NCBI GenBank assembly: GCA_045644765.1
Contig: JAZRHM010000033.1
Location: 4,790 to 68,789 of the forward strand
Reading direction: 5' to 3'
Length of the DNA: 64,000 nt
Source: Alphaproteobacteria bacterium
GTDB taxonomy: Bacteria; Pseudomonadota; Alphaproteobacteria; RF32; CAG-239
Shown: positions 49,763 to 60,577 of the stretch, in pieces
How positions within the stretch are numbered: the first letter of the stretch is position 1
How the letters are laid out: each line of letters begins with the position of its first letter
Notes under the pieces: generated by a model
Told to the model about the DNA's origin: nothing
Databases searched by the model: none
What the model saw: only the letters and a program-made list of their open reading frames with translations
Made by a program: the position numbers and the translations under genes

Positions 49763-51292
49763 ATGAAAAATTTTTTTACTATAAGAAAAGTTTTAACTCT
49801 TTGCCTTATTTTGTCTTTAATCGTTACCATATATAGTGCTTATTACAAAATCAAATATTGGGGTTTTAGTGTTCAACCCCAGGCCAGCTCAGATGTTTGG
49901 ATTGTTGATGCACATATTTCTTTTACTCCCACAGGAGAGCCTATTAATGTATCTCTAGCAACTCCGCAAACCGGTAAAGAATTTAAAATTTTAAACGAAG
50001 ATATTGTAGCCAAAGGTTATGAAATCAGTAAAAACGAAAAAAAGAAACGTATTGTTATGAATTCAAAACCGAAAAAAAACAAACAAAATATATACTATAG
50101 AGTAGCTGTGTATGACAATGAAGACACTCGAGGCAAAGTAAGAGACGAATCAAAACCTAAAGTAGTTACTCCTATATTTGATTTACAACAAAAAGAAATG
50201 GTTGATGAGATTTTGCGAGCTGCTGAAAAATTTGAAGGAAATCAAGTTAAAAAAATCATAACAATTTTTAATCAGCAACCTTTAGATCCTACAGTTAGTG
50301 CTTTTTTACCGGTTAGAGTAACCGAAAAAGAAATTGCTGAAAAAATTATTGATATTTTAGCCTATAAAGGAATATCGGCTCGTTTAGCGCGAGGTGTTCG
50401 TTTAATAGAAAGTAAAAAAGCATCTCAAGCTGATTTGATGATAGAAACTCATGACGGACATAAATGGAGAATTTATGACTTGCACACAGCAAAAGAAGGT
50501 TTACCGAAAAATTTTATGATTTTTCAAAGAGGAGGCGTTTCTTTACTTGATGTTAGTGGCGGGAAAAACTCAAAAATCAGATTTTCAGTTTTAAAATCAG
50601 TTACTCCGTCAATTAAAATGGCGGAACATCGTGCAAAATTTTCAAAATTTGCTAAGACTTTTGAGTTTTCTATCTATAATTTACCATTACTGGCTCAAAA
50701 CACTTTAAAATGGCTTATGGTTTTCCCTTTAGGTATTTTAATTACGGTTTTGTTCAGAAACGTAATAGGTCTTAAAACCATGGGAACTTTTACCCCGATG
50801 CTTATTGCCATGTCGTTGGTAAAAACAGGCTTTATTGCCGGACTTATTTGTTTTAGCGTCATTATCTCTATAGGTCTTATAATAAGAACATTATTATCAA
50901 GATTAAACTTACTGCTTGTTCCGAGAATTTCTACTGTTGTTATATTTGTTATTTTAATTATGCAATATATGGCCATAATCGGATATCAAATAAATTGGGA
51001 AGTTGCGTCTTCTGCAATTTTCTTCCCAATTATTATCACAGCTTGGATTATCGAAAGAGCTTCTATCATATGGGAAGAAGATGGCGCCGGCAATGCGACA
51101 AGAGAGATTATATATTCTATGATAACTGCCATCGCAACATATTTTGTTATCAGCAATGAATATATTCGCCACATCACTTTTGCTTTCAGCGAAATAAATT
51201 TGGTAATTTTATTTATCGTAATGTTGCTAGGAACATACACCGGTTATCGGTTAACCGAACTTAAAAGATTTACTCCGTTGGCAAGAGGGTAA
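49763..51292 (+). CDS. Inactive transglutaminase fused to 7TM domain
   Basis: N-terminal TM, periplasmic domain, FSIYNLP, RNVIGLKTMGTFTPMLIA, FFPIIITAWIIERASIIWEEDG, LGTYTGYRLTELKRF. Confidence 0.88.
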   Translation: MKNFFTIRKVLTLCLILSLIVTIYSAYYKIKYWGFSVQPQASSDVWIVDAHISFTPTGEPINVSLATPQTGKEFKILNEDIVAKGYEISKNEKKKRIVMNSKPKKNKQNIYYRVAVYDNEDTRGKVRDESKPKVVTPIFDLQQKEMVDEILRAAEKFEGNQVKKIITIFNQQPLDPTVSAFLPVRVTEKEIAEKIIDILAYKGISARLARGVRLIESKKASQADLMIETHDGHKWRIYDLHTAKEGLPKNFMIFQRGGVSLLDVSGGKNSKIRFSVLKSVTPSIKMAEHRAKFSKFAKTFEFSIYNLPLLAQNTLKWLMVFPLGILITVLFRNVIGLKTMGTFTPMLIAMSLVKTGFIAGLICFSVIISIGLIIRTLLSRLNLLLVPRISTVVIFVILIMQYMAIIGYQINWEVASSAIFFPIIITAWIIERASIIWEEDGAGNATREIIYSMITAIATYFVISNEYIRHITFAFSEINLVILFIVMLLGTYTGYRLTELKRFTPLARG

Positions 51293-51293
51293 A

Positions 51294-52244
51294 ATGTTTG
51301 ATATATTAAAAAAATTTACCAAACCGAGCATTTTAAAAGCCAAAGGCATTTTAGGAATGAATGCCCGTAATTATGATATTATTGGGCATAACAACAAAAG
51401 ACGTTTATATCCCTTGGTTGATGATAAAGTACAAACAAAAATATTAGCAAATAAAGCTGGTATAACCACGCCTAGTTTAATTGGTATTATTGAATATCAA
51501 TATCAGGTAAAAAGTTTTTTATCTTATGTAAAAAATCATCAGCAATTTGTAATTAAACCTGCACATGGTAGTGGAGGTAAAGGCGTTTTGGTGATAAAAG
51601 AGTGGGCTGAAAATAATTTCATTACTGCTTCCGGAAAAACACTTTCTTTTAAAGAAGTTTACCAACATATTTCCAATATCTTAAGCGGACTTTTCAGCTT
51701 AGGCGGGCAATATGATGTTGCCGTTATTGAAGAAATGGTAAATTTTAGCGATGTATTCAGTGACTTTAGTTATCAAGGTGTTCCTGATGTCAGAATTATT
51801 GTTTATAAAGGATATCCTGCAATGTCCATGATGCGTCTGGCAACAGCGCAATCAGGAGGAAGAGCCAACTTACATCAAGGAGCTGTCGGTGTCGGGATTG
51901 ATGTGAAAACAGGAAAAACTTTGAAGGCCGTAATGCATAATTTACCGATAACACATCACCCTGATACAAATGCTGATTTAATGGATTTATCTGTTCCGTT
52001 TTGGAAAGAACATTTAATTATCGGAGCCAAAGCATTTGAAATGACCGGACTTGGATATTTAGGCGCAGATATTGTGTTAGATAAGAAAAAAGGTCCTATG
52101 ATGCTCGAGCTAAATGCTCGTCCCGGTCTTGCTATTCAGATTGCCAACGGGAAAGGTTTGTTAAATGTTATAAAAGAAATTGAAGAAAACTATCCTAAAA
52201 ATCTTTCAGCAGAAGAAAGAATTGATTTTATCTTGAATAAATAA
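51294..52244 (+). CDS. Alpha-L-glutamate ligase-like ATP-grasp protein
   Basis: GILGMNARN, LVDDK, FVIKPAHGSGGKG, GVPDVR, ANLHQGA, ELNARPGLAIQIAN. Confidence 0.92.
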   Translation: MFDILKKFTKPSILKAKGILGMNARNYDIIGHNNKRRLYPLVDDKVQTKILANKAGITTPSLIGIIEYQYQVKSFLSYVKNHQQFVIKPAHGSGGKGVLVIKEWAENNFITASGKTLSFKEVYQHISNILSGLFSLGGQYDVAVIEEMVNFSDVFSDFSYQGVPDVRIIVYKGYPAMSMMRLATAQSGGRANLHQGAVGVGIDVKTGKTLKAVMHNLPITHHPDTNADLMDLSVPFWKEHLIIGAKAFEMTGLGYLGADIVLDKKKGPMMLELNARPGLAIQIANGKGLLNVIKEIEENYPKNLSAEERIDFILNK

Positions 52245-52300
52245 AAATTAATTCCTAAATAATCTAAAGAGAATATATTAAACCCGTGAAAGGAACAATT

Positions 52301-52906
52301 ATGACCGAATTACTAAAGAAATCAGAAACAAAAAACTTAAGCAAAGCAGAAACAAAAAATATAGAAGCCACTGAAAAAAAACAACTTGGAGTAAGCCAAA
52401 CTCGTGCCAAAAAAATTAAACATTCATACAATGTTGATGATGCTGAAAATTCTTTGGTTTTAAAATTAAAAGATGGAGATGTTGTTATCAAAATGTTTCC
52501 TGATGTGGCACCAAACCATGTCGCTCGTATAAAAGAGCTGGTCAGAAACGGTTTTTACAACGGATTAAAATTTCATCGTGTGATTGAAGGATTTATGGCA
52601 CAAACAGGTTGTCCTTTAGGCACCGGAACAGGGGGAAGCGGTAAGAAATTAAAATCTGAGTTTAATACAAAAGAGCATAAAAGAGGAACTGTTTCTATGG
52701 CAAGAGCAATGGATCCTAATTCTGCTGATAGCCAATTTTTTATTTGCTTTGCCGACGCACCTTGGCTTAATGGTCAATATACGGTATGGGGAGAAGTTAT
52801 ATCCGGCATGGAATATGTCGATCTGATTAAAAAAGGTGGAGGGTATAACGGGATGGTAAGCAATCCGGATATTATTGTCAGTATGGACGTTATCGCTGAT
52901 TTATAA
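52301..52906 (+). CDS. Cyclophilin-type peptidyl-prolyl isomerase
   Basis: APNHV, FHRVIEGFMAQTG, SMARA, SADSQFFI, YTVWG. Confidence 0.95.
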   Translation: MTELLKKSETKNLSKAETKNIEATEKKQLGVSQTRAKKIKHSYNVDDAENSLVLKLKDGDVVIKMFPDVAPNHVARIKELVRNGFYNGLKFHRVIEGFMAQTGCPLGTGTGGSGKKLKSEFNTKEHKRGTVSMARAMDPNSADSQFFICFADAPWLNGQYTVWGEVISGMEYVDLIKKGGGYNGMVSNPDIIVSMDVIADL

Positions 52907-52915
52907 GACGTATGT

Positions 52916-52938
52916 AAGAGGGGATTTCCCCTCTTTTT
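52916..52938 (+). terminator. Terminator after PPIase gene
   Basis: AAGAGGGGA-tt-TCCCCTCTT followed by Ts. Confidence 0.75.
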
Positions 52939-53047
52939 ATTGACATTGTAGTAATATGGATTATAGCACTCGCTTAGCATTAGAAAATAATAAACCCGAA
53001 AATTTACAAGACGCAAACTAATTACTCGTTTAGAAAAAGAATTAAAT

Positions 53048-53197
53048 ATGCTAAACAAAGAAAGACATTTAATGTATAAATCCGATAAGAATATAAGAGA
53101 GAAGATTCTATCTGAATATTCAAAAAGATATGAAGAAACTGTTTATATTAAAGATTTAGTATTTCTCAAAAGAAACTTGAGTAATCAAGAATATTAA
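53048..53197 (+). other. Possible small ORF or gene remnant (49 aa)
   Basis: MLNKERHLMYKSDKNIREKILSEYSKRYEETVYIKDLVFLKRNLSNQEY; frame open from ~52994; TTGACA-N16-TATAGC at 52940-52967. Confidence 0.25.
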
Positions 53198-53892
53198 TTT
53201 TCTTGTTTCTTAAATCCTTGCGCAACCACATATGTTTCCGGAGACCCTTGACGGCTTGCATCAGGCTTATAATGAGAAACTTTAGTGAAATTTTTCTTCA
53301 TATCAGTAAGCAAATTTCCTTCTGCACCACCTTGAAAAACTTTAGCAATAAAAATTCCTCCGGCTGATAAAACCTCTTTAGCAAATTCATAAGCAGCTTC
53401 AACAAGCCCGATTGTACGCAAGTGATCTGTTTGTTGATGGCCGGTAGTGTTTGCAGCCATATCGCTCATAACAATATCTGCCGGTCCGTTTAACAAAGCT
53501 TTTAATTTTTCCGGCGCATCATCTGTGGTAAAATCTTGACATATCATGGTCGCACCGGCAATTGGTGTTGTTTCTAAGATATCAATTCCGACAACTTGAC
53601 CTTGTCCTTTATTACGCTCAACGGCAACTTGTGTCCAACCACCCGGAGCGCAACCTAAATCCACCACTGTTTTACCCTTACCTAAAAACCTATATTTTTC
53701 ATCAAGTTGTATAAGCTTAAAGGCTGCACGAGAACGATAACCCAATCTTTTAGATTCAGCTACATATGGGTCATTAAGTTGACGTTCAAGCCATCTGTTT
53801 GATGATGCTTTTTTATATTTTGAGGTTTTAACCTTAACGGTTAATGCTTTTCTACCTCTGATAATCTTTGCTGATTTTGTAAGCTTTGCCAT
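53194..53892 (-). CDS. rlmE: 23S rRNA Um2552 methyltransferase RlmE/FtsJ
   Basis: WLERQLNDPY, YRSRAAFKL, DLGCAPGGW, SDMA, KVFQG, KPDASR. Confidence 0.96.
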   Translation of the reverse strand: MAKLTKSAKIIRGRKALTVKVKTSKYKKASSNRWLERQLNDPYVAESKRLGYRSRAAFKLIQLDEKYRFLGKGKTVVDLGCAPGGWTQVAVERNKGQGQVVGIDILETTPIAGATMICQDFTTDDAPEKLKALLNGPADIVMSDMAANTTGHQQTDHLRTIGLVEAAYEFAKEVLSAGGIFIAKVFQGGAEGNLLTDMKKNFTKVSHYKPDASRQGSPETYVVAQGFKKQEN

Positions 53893-54820
53893 TATCTTGA
53901 AGTTCCTTTATAATTGCATCTTGTGCACTTTTTAATGAAGCTGTCAGTTTTTCGAACCCTAAGTTTTCGTATATACTCTTAAATATAGTACAGCCGGAAA
54001 TCATAATCGGAGCTCGGTTTTTACCTATATATTTTGACTCTTCCCTTTCTGATAAACTCATCTTATAAATTTCGCCGATTACTTTATCTAAATCTTTGCA
54101 ACTCAAAATTCTGCCATCAGATTTTTGACGATCATATTCTTCATCTTGATTTATCATAGAAGCCAATCTTAACGGAGTGCTTGATGTGGCAATCAGTGAG
54201 CAACTGTCCTTATATTTTTCAAGTTCGGATTGTAAGATAAATTTTTGAACATATGGCACAATGTTTGCCTGTAAATTTTGCTGATTTTTTTCATCGAAAT
54301 GTTTCAAACCAAAAGCTTCTGATGCATTTCTTGCTCCCCATGGAATAGATATTGTATATATCATCTTCGGATTTTCTTCATTGGTAGCAAGAGTTATTTC
54401 CGTTGAACCGCCGCCTAAATCATACACAAGAGCATATTTTGCATTTTTATCCGCATTTAATAAGGCCCCTTTTAAGTTCAAATAAGCTTCTTGTTTTCCA
54501 TCAATTACATCTATTTTTATGCCTGTTGTTTCTTCAACTTTTTTAACAAAATCCATGCCGTTAGAAGCCATACGACAAGAGGCTGTTGCAATTGCTCTAT
54601 AGTTTTTAACATTATATTGTTCCAGAACTTTAGCATATTCGGAAAAAGCTTTCAATCCGCGATCAATTGCCTCATCGGTAAAGCACATATTAGCATACAT
54701 CCCTTCACCTAGTTTAGTTGATATACTGTCTTTGTAAACTAATGTTCCATGACTATCTACAACCGTAATACGACAAGAATTTGTTCCTAAATCAATTGCT
54801 GCCAGATTTTCGTTTGCCAT
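53852..54820 (-). CDS. Ppx/GppA-family phosphatase, divergent paralogue
   Basis: AAIDLGTNSCR, ATASCR, DLGGGSTEI; SD GAGGAGG before ATG 54820; C-terminal GxREG motif lost. Confidence 0.88.
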   Translation of the reverse strand: MANENLAAIDLGTNSCRITVVDSHGTLVYKDSISTKLGEGMYANMCFTDEAIDRGLKAFSEYAKVLEQYNVKNYRAIATASCRMASNGMDFVKKVEETTGIKIDVIDGKQEAYLNLKGALLNADKNAKYALVYDLGGGSTEITLATNEENPKMIYTISIPWGARNASEAFGLKHFDEKNQQNLQANIVPYVQKFILQSELEKYKDSCSLIATSSTPLRLASMINQDEEYDRQKSDGRILSCKDLDKVIGEIYKMSLSEREESKYIGKNRAPIMISGCTIFKSIYENLGFEKLTASLKSAQDAIIKELQDNGKAYKISKDYQR

Positions 54821-55898
54821 GGTATCCTCCTCTTTGATATAAACGATGCCGTCTTTTGGGTTTGCGATTAGCTCGTTGTTGACGTTCATTATGCATCATA
54901 TCTAACAGCATTCCTTCACGAATACCCCTATCGGCAACCGTGACCTCAGAAATCGGCCAAAATGTAAGTAAAGATTCTATAATAGCACAACCTGCAATAG
55001 TCAAGTCAGATTTTAATGGTCCGATACACGGATGTTTGCGACGGCCCTCATCACCAATGGTTTTTATTTTATTAATTACTTTTTCAACATCAGAACCGGA
55101 AATAGATATTCCATCAACGGCAGAACGATTATATCTGGGCAAGCACAAATGCACCGCTCCCAAAACAGTTACCGTTCCTGATGTGCCAATGACCTGAATT
55201 TCCTGATTTTGTATTCCTTCATAAATACCAAATTTATCATCAAATTCTTTTAATATCGATTGTGTACGTTCTATTATGGTGTTATATGCAAGCGTTGTCA
55301 TATCTTGCTTAGGGAAAGCTTCAGAAATAGTAACAACACCATAAGGAAGAGATACAAACCCTTCTATAAAAGTTTTACCGCTATCTGTTATACGAGCAAG
55401 CGAAATTTCCGTTGAACCACCACCAATATCAAACACAAGCATGCGCTTAATATTTCGATTAAGTAGAGGTACACAACCTACCACAGCTAAGCGCGCTTCT
55501 TCTTTTGATGATATAATTTCCAAATTTATACCGGCTTCTTTTTTTACCATTTCTACAAATTGAGCACAATTTTTTGCTCTGCGGCAAGCAGCCGTTGCAA
55601 CAAAACGAGAACCGGCAATAGGGGCATATTCATTTATAACACCCCTACACACTTTTAAGGCAGCAACAGTTCGACGCATAGCAGCTTTTGATAACTCGTT
55701 ATCATTTATGATACCTTCTCCCAAACGGGTAATTTTAGAAAAAGTTTCAACCACATGAAAAGATGTCGGTGTCGGGGTAGCAATTACTAAACGACACGAA
55801 TTAGTTCCTAAATCAATTGCTGCATAATTAGGCGCCGGCATAGTGTCTTTTTTTACTACCGGCACATAATTATTTTTTTTTGACACACCTTTTTTCAT
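54792..55898 (-). CDS. ppx: Ppx/GppA-family exopolyphosphatase
   Basis: AAIDLGTNSCRL, ATAACR, EEARL, DIGGGSTE, GTSGT, ADRGIREG; ppx-rlmE synteny. Confidence 0.88.
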   Translation of the reverse strand: MKKGVSKKNNYVPVVKKDTMPAPNYAAIDLGTNSCRLVIATPTPTSFHVVETFSKITRLGEGIINDNELSKAAMRRTVAALKVCRGVINEYAPIAGSRFVATAACRRAKNCAQFVEMVKKEAGINLEIISSKEEARLAVVGCVPLLNRNIKRMLVFDIGGGSTEISLARITDSGKTFIEGFVSLPYGVVTISEAFPKQDMTTLAYNTIIERTQSILKEFDDKFGIYEGIQNQEIQVIGTSGTVTVLGAVHLCLPRYNRSAVDGISISGSDVEKVINKIKTIGDEGRRKHPCIGPLKSDLTIAGCAIIESLLTFWPISEVTVADRGIREGMLLDMMHNERQQRANRKPKRRHRLYQRGGYHGKRKSGSN

Positions 55899-55907
55899 AT
55901 ATAGCTT

Positions 55908-57026
<1,119 letters not shown>

Positions 57027-57062
57027 TTACTTACATGAACGTATCCAAGATACTTCAAGATA

Positions 57063-57079
57063 GTTATAAATTTATTAAC
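57063..57079 (-). promoter_or_regulatory. Possible CtrA box upstream of ccrM
   Basis: Minus strand GTTAA-taaattt-ATAAC, one mismatch to TTAA-N7-TTAAC; AT-rich background lowers specificity. Confidence 0.35.
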
Positions 57080-57134
57080 ATAGAATATTCATATTAAAAA
57101 AATTGTCATTTGGTATAAATATAATTAAATCAGA

Positions 57135-58370
57135 CTATTCTTTTATGGATAATTGGTCTTTTAAGACCCTGATTTTATACTCTCTAAAACATTGAGAAAA
57201 TCTTTCATCTTTAGGTAAAATGTTAAAATTTGGCATATCTGATGCCTTGATGTTTTGCAAAATATCCGATACTTTTAATAAAAGCTGTGCCGAATCTTCA
57301 AATTGGCGCAATAAATGACCTTTATTTTCCATCGTAGTACTCTCAAAATCTGCTCTGCAAACTTTGATAAAATCTACAACATAGTTTGTATGTCCTATTT
57401 GCAAATTCGATACCAGATCATAAAGCTTGCCTACGCGCATATCTTGTATTAAGTGAAATTTCATATGATGCATCGAACTTAAAAGTGCAAAATCTCTTAT
57501 TTTATTTGGAATTTTTAAACGCTTACAGATCTCTTTAATAGCATTTATTCCTCTGTTTTCATGACCTTTATGCGATGGTAACTGCTCAGTTGGCGTAAAA
57601 GCTTTACCTATGTCATGCACTAAAACAGCAAACTGGACCATTATAGATTCATGGCTAACAAACTTTAAAGCATTGAGCGTATGATCACCCGTATTTCCTT
57701 CAGGATGAAATTCAATTTTTTCAGAAATCGAAAATAAGTTATCAATTTCAGGCATAATCTCTTTTAATGCTCCGATTTGGCGCATTATATCAATAAAACG
57801 ATAAAAAGAAGAACTCAAAAAAGCTTTTTCAAACTCTTGCCATACTCTTTCGGCACTTAAAAAGCTTAACATCTTTTGAGCCACCATATCAGAACATAAA
57901 TTTATGGCACTTTCATCTACATCAAAATCAAGCTGTGCGGCAAAGCGACACATCCTTAATGCTCTTAGCGGATCCTCAACAAAATGCTCTGCATCTATAT
58001 GCCGTATAAGTTTATTTTTTATATCCTGTAAACCTCCAAAATAATCAATATACTGACCGGATTGTTCATCATAAGCAATTGCATTACATGTAAAATCTCT
58101 GCGCTGTAAATCTTCTTCTAAGGTTATATCAGGTGTAAAAACAAATTCAAAATCAGTATGCTTATTACCTGTTTTTATTTCTTTGCGGGCAAGAGCATAT
58201 TCTTGTTTGGTTTTTGGATGTATAAAAACAGGAAAGCCTTTACCTACTTGTATAAAACCCAGTTCTCGCATTTGTTTTATATCTGAGCCGACTACGACAT
58301 AATCTACATCGTTAGGAATTTTGCCCAAAATTTTATCTCGAACTGCTCCGCCTACCTGATATATTTTCAT
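57135..58370 (-). CDS. cca: Multifunctional CCA-adding enzyme with HD domain
   Basis: YQVGGAVRD, DVD, EYALARKE, EDLQRRDFTCNA, EDPLRALR, HPE...HT...HDIGK. Confidence 0.93.
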   Translation of the reverse strand: MKIYQVGGAVRDKILGKIPNDVDYVVVGSDIKQMRELGFIQVGKGFPVFIHPKTKQEYALARKEIKTGNKHTDFEFVFTPDITLEEDLQRRDFTCNAIAYDEQSGQYIDYFGGLQDIKNKLIRHIDAEHFVEDPLRALRMCRFAAQLDFDVDESAINLCSDMVAQKMLSFLSAERVWQEFEKAFLSSSFYRFIDIMRQIGALKEIMPEIDNLFSISEKIEFHPEGNTGDHTLNALKFVSHESIMVQFAVLVHDIGKAFTPTEQLPSHKGHENRGINAIKEICKRLKIPNKIRDFALLSSMHHMKFHLIQDMRVGKLYDLVSNLQIGHTNYVVDFIKVCRADFESTTMENKGHLLRQFEDSAQLLLKVSDILQNIKASDMPNFNILPKDERFSQCFREYKIRVLKDQLSIKE

Positions 58371-58442
58371 TTTTAAAATCCTTTTTTAAAGAGGATAATA
58401 TTTTGCAATATAAAATGCAAGCAATTAAAATTTTGCAAAATT

Positions 58443-58486
58443 AATAAAAAAATCCCCTCTATGAAAAACATAAAGGGGATTTTATT
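58443..58486 (-). terminator. Terminator of groESL
   Basis: AAAATCCCCT...AGGGGATTTT stem with T-run on minus strand. Confidence 0.75.
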
Positions 58487-58490
58487 TTAC

Positions 58491-60143
<1,653 letters not shown>

Positions 60144-60158
60144 TTAAAAATCCTTTCC

Positions 60159-60446
60159 TTATTGAATAATACCAAGTAAATCTTCTTCACGAATCATCAA
60201 AAAGCTTTCGCCATCTAATTTAATTTCTGTTCCGGCATATTTTGCAAATAATACCTTATCACCTTCTTTAACTGTTAAAGCAATAACTTTTCCATCAGGT
60301 GCAATTTTTCCTGTTCCAACTGCTTCAACAATACCCTCTAATGGTTTTTCTTTTGCTGTATCCGGAATAATGATTCCGCCTGAAGTTTTAGTCACTTCTT
60401 CAACACGGCGAACCAAAACTCTATCGTGTAAAGGTTTAATTTTCAT
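60159..60446 (-). CDS. groS: Co-chaperonin GroES
   Basis: [29 protein letters not shown]. Confidence 0.98.
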   Translation of the reverse strand: MKIKPLHDRVLVRRVEEVTKTSGGIIIPDTAKEKPLEGIVEAVGTGKIAPDGKVIALTVKEGDKVLFAKYAGTEIKLDGESFLMIREEDLLGIIQ

Positions 60447-60481
60447 TTTTGTTCCTTCCATAAAATTTTTACTAATACTTT

Positions 60482-60510
60482 AGTTAGTGTTTCAAAGTGC
60501 GCTTGTCAAG
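60482..60510 (-). promoter_or_regulatory. Possible heat-shock (RpoH-type) promoter of groESL
   Basis: Minus strand CTTGAC-N15-CACTAACT upstream of groES. Confidence 0.35.
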
Positions 60511-60522
60511 AAGCAACCACAG

Positions 60523-60562
60523 AAAAAAATACTCCTTACCGCAAAAAATCAGCAAGGAGTAT
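60523..60562 (-). terminator. Terminator of aas
   Basis: ATACTCCTT...AAGGAGTAT stem followed by T-run on minus strand. Confidence 0.6.
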
Positions 60563-60577
60563 ATTGTCCAATTTTAA

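Noticed and set aside
52962-52990. CIRCE-like half site (TAGCACTC)
   Set aside because: The second arm GAGTGCTAA is absent and no chaperone gene follows; no CIRCE is seen upstream of groES either.
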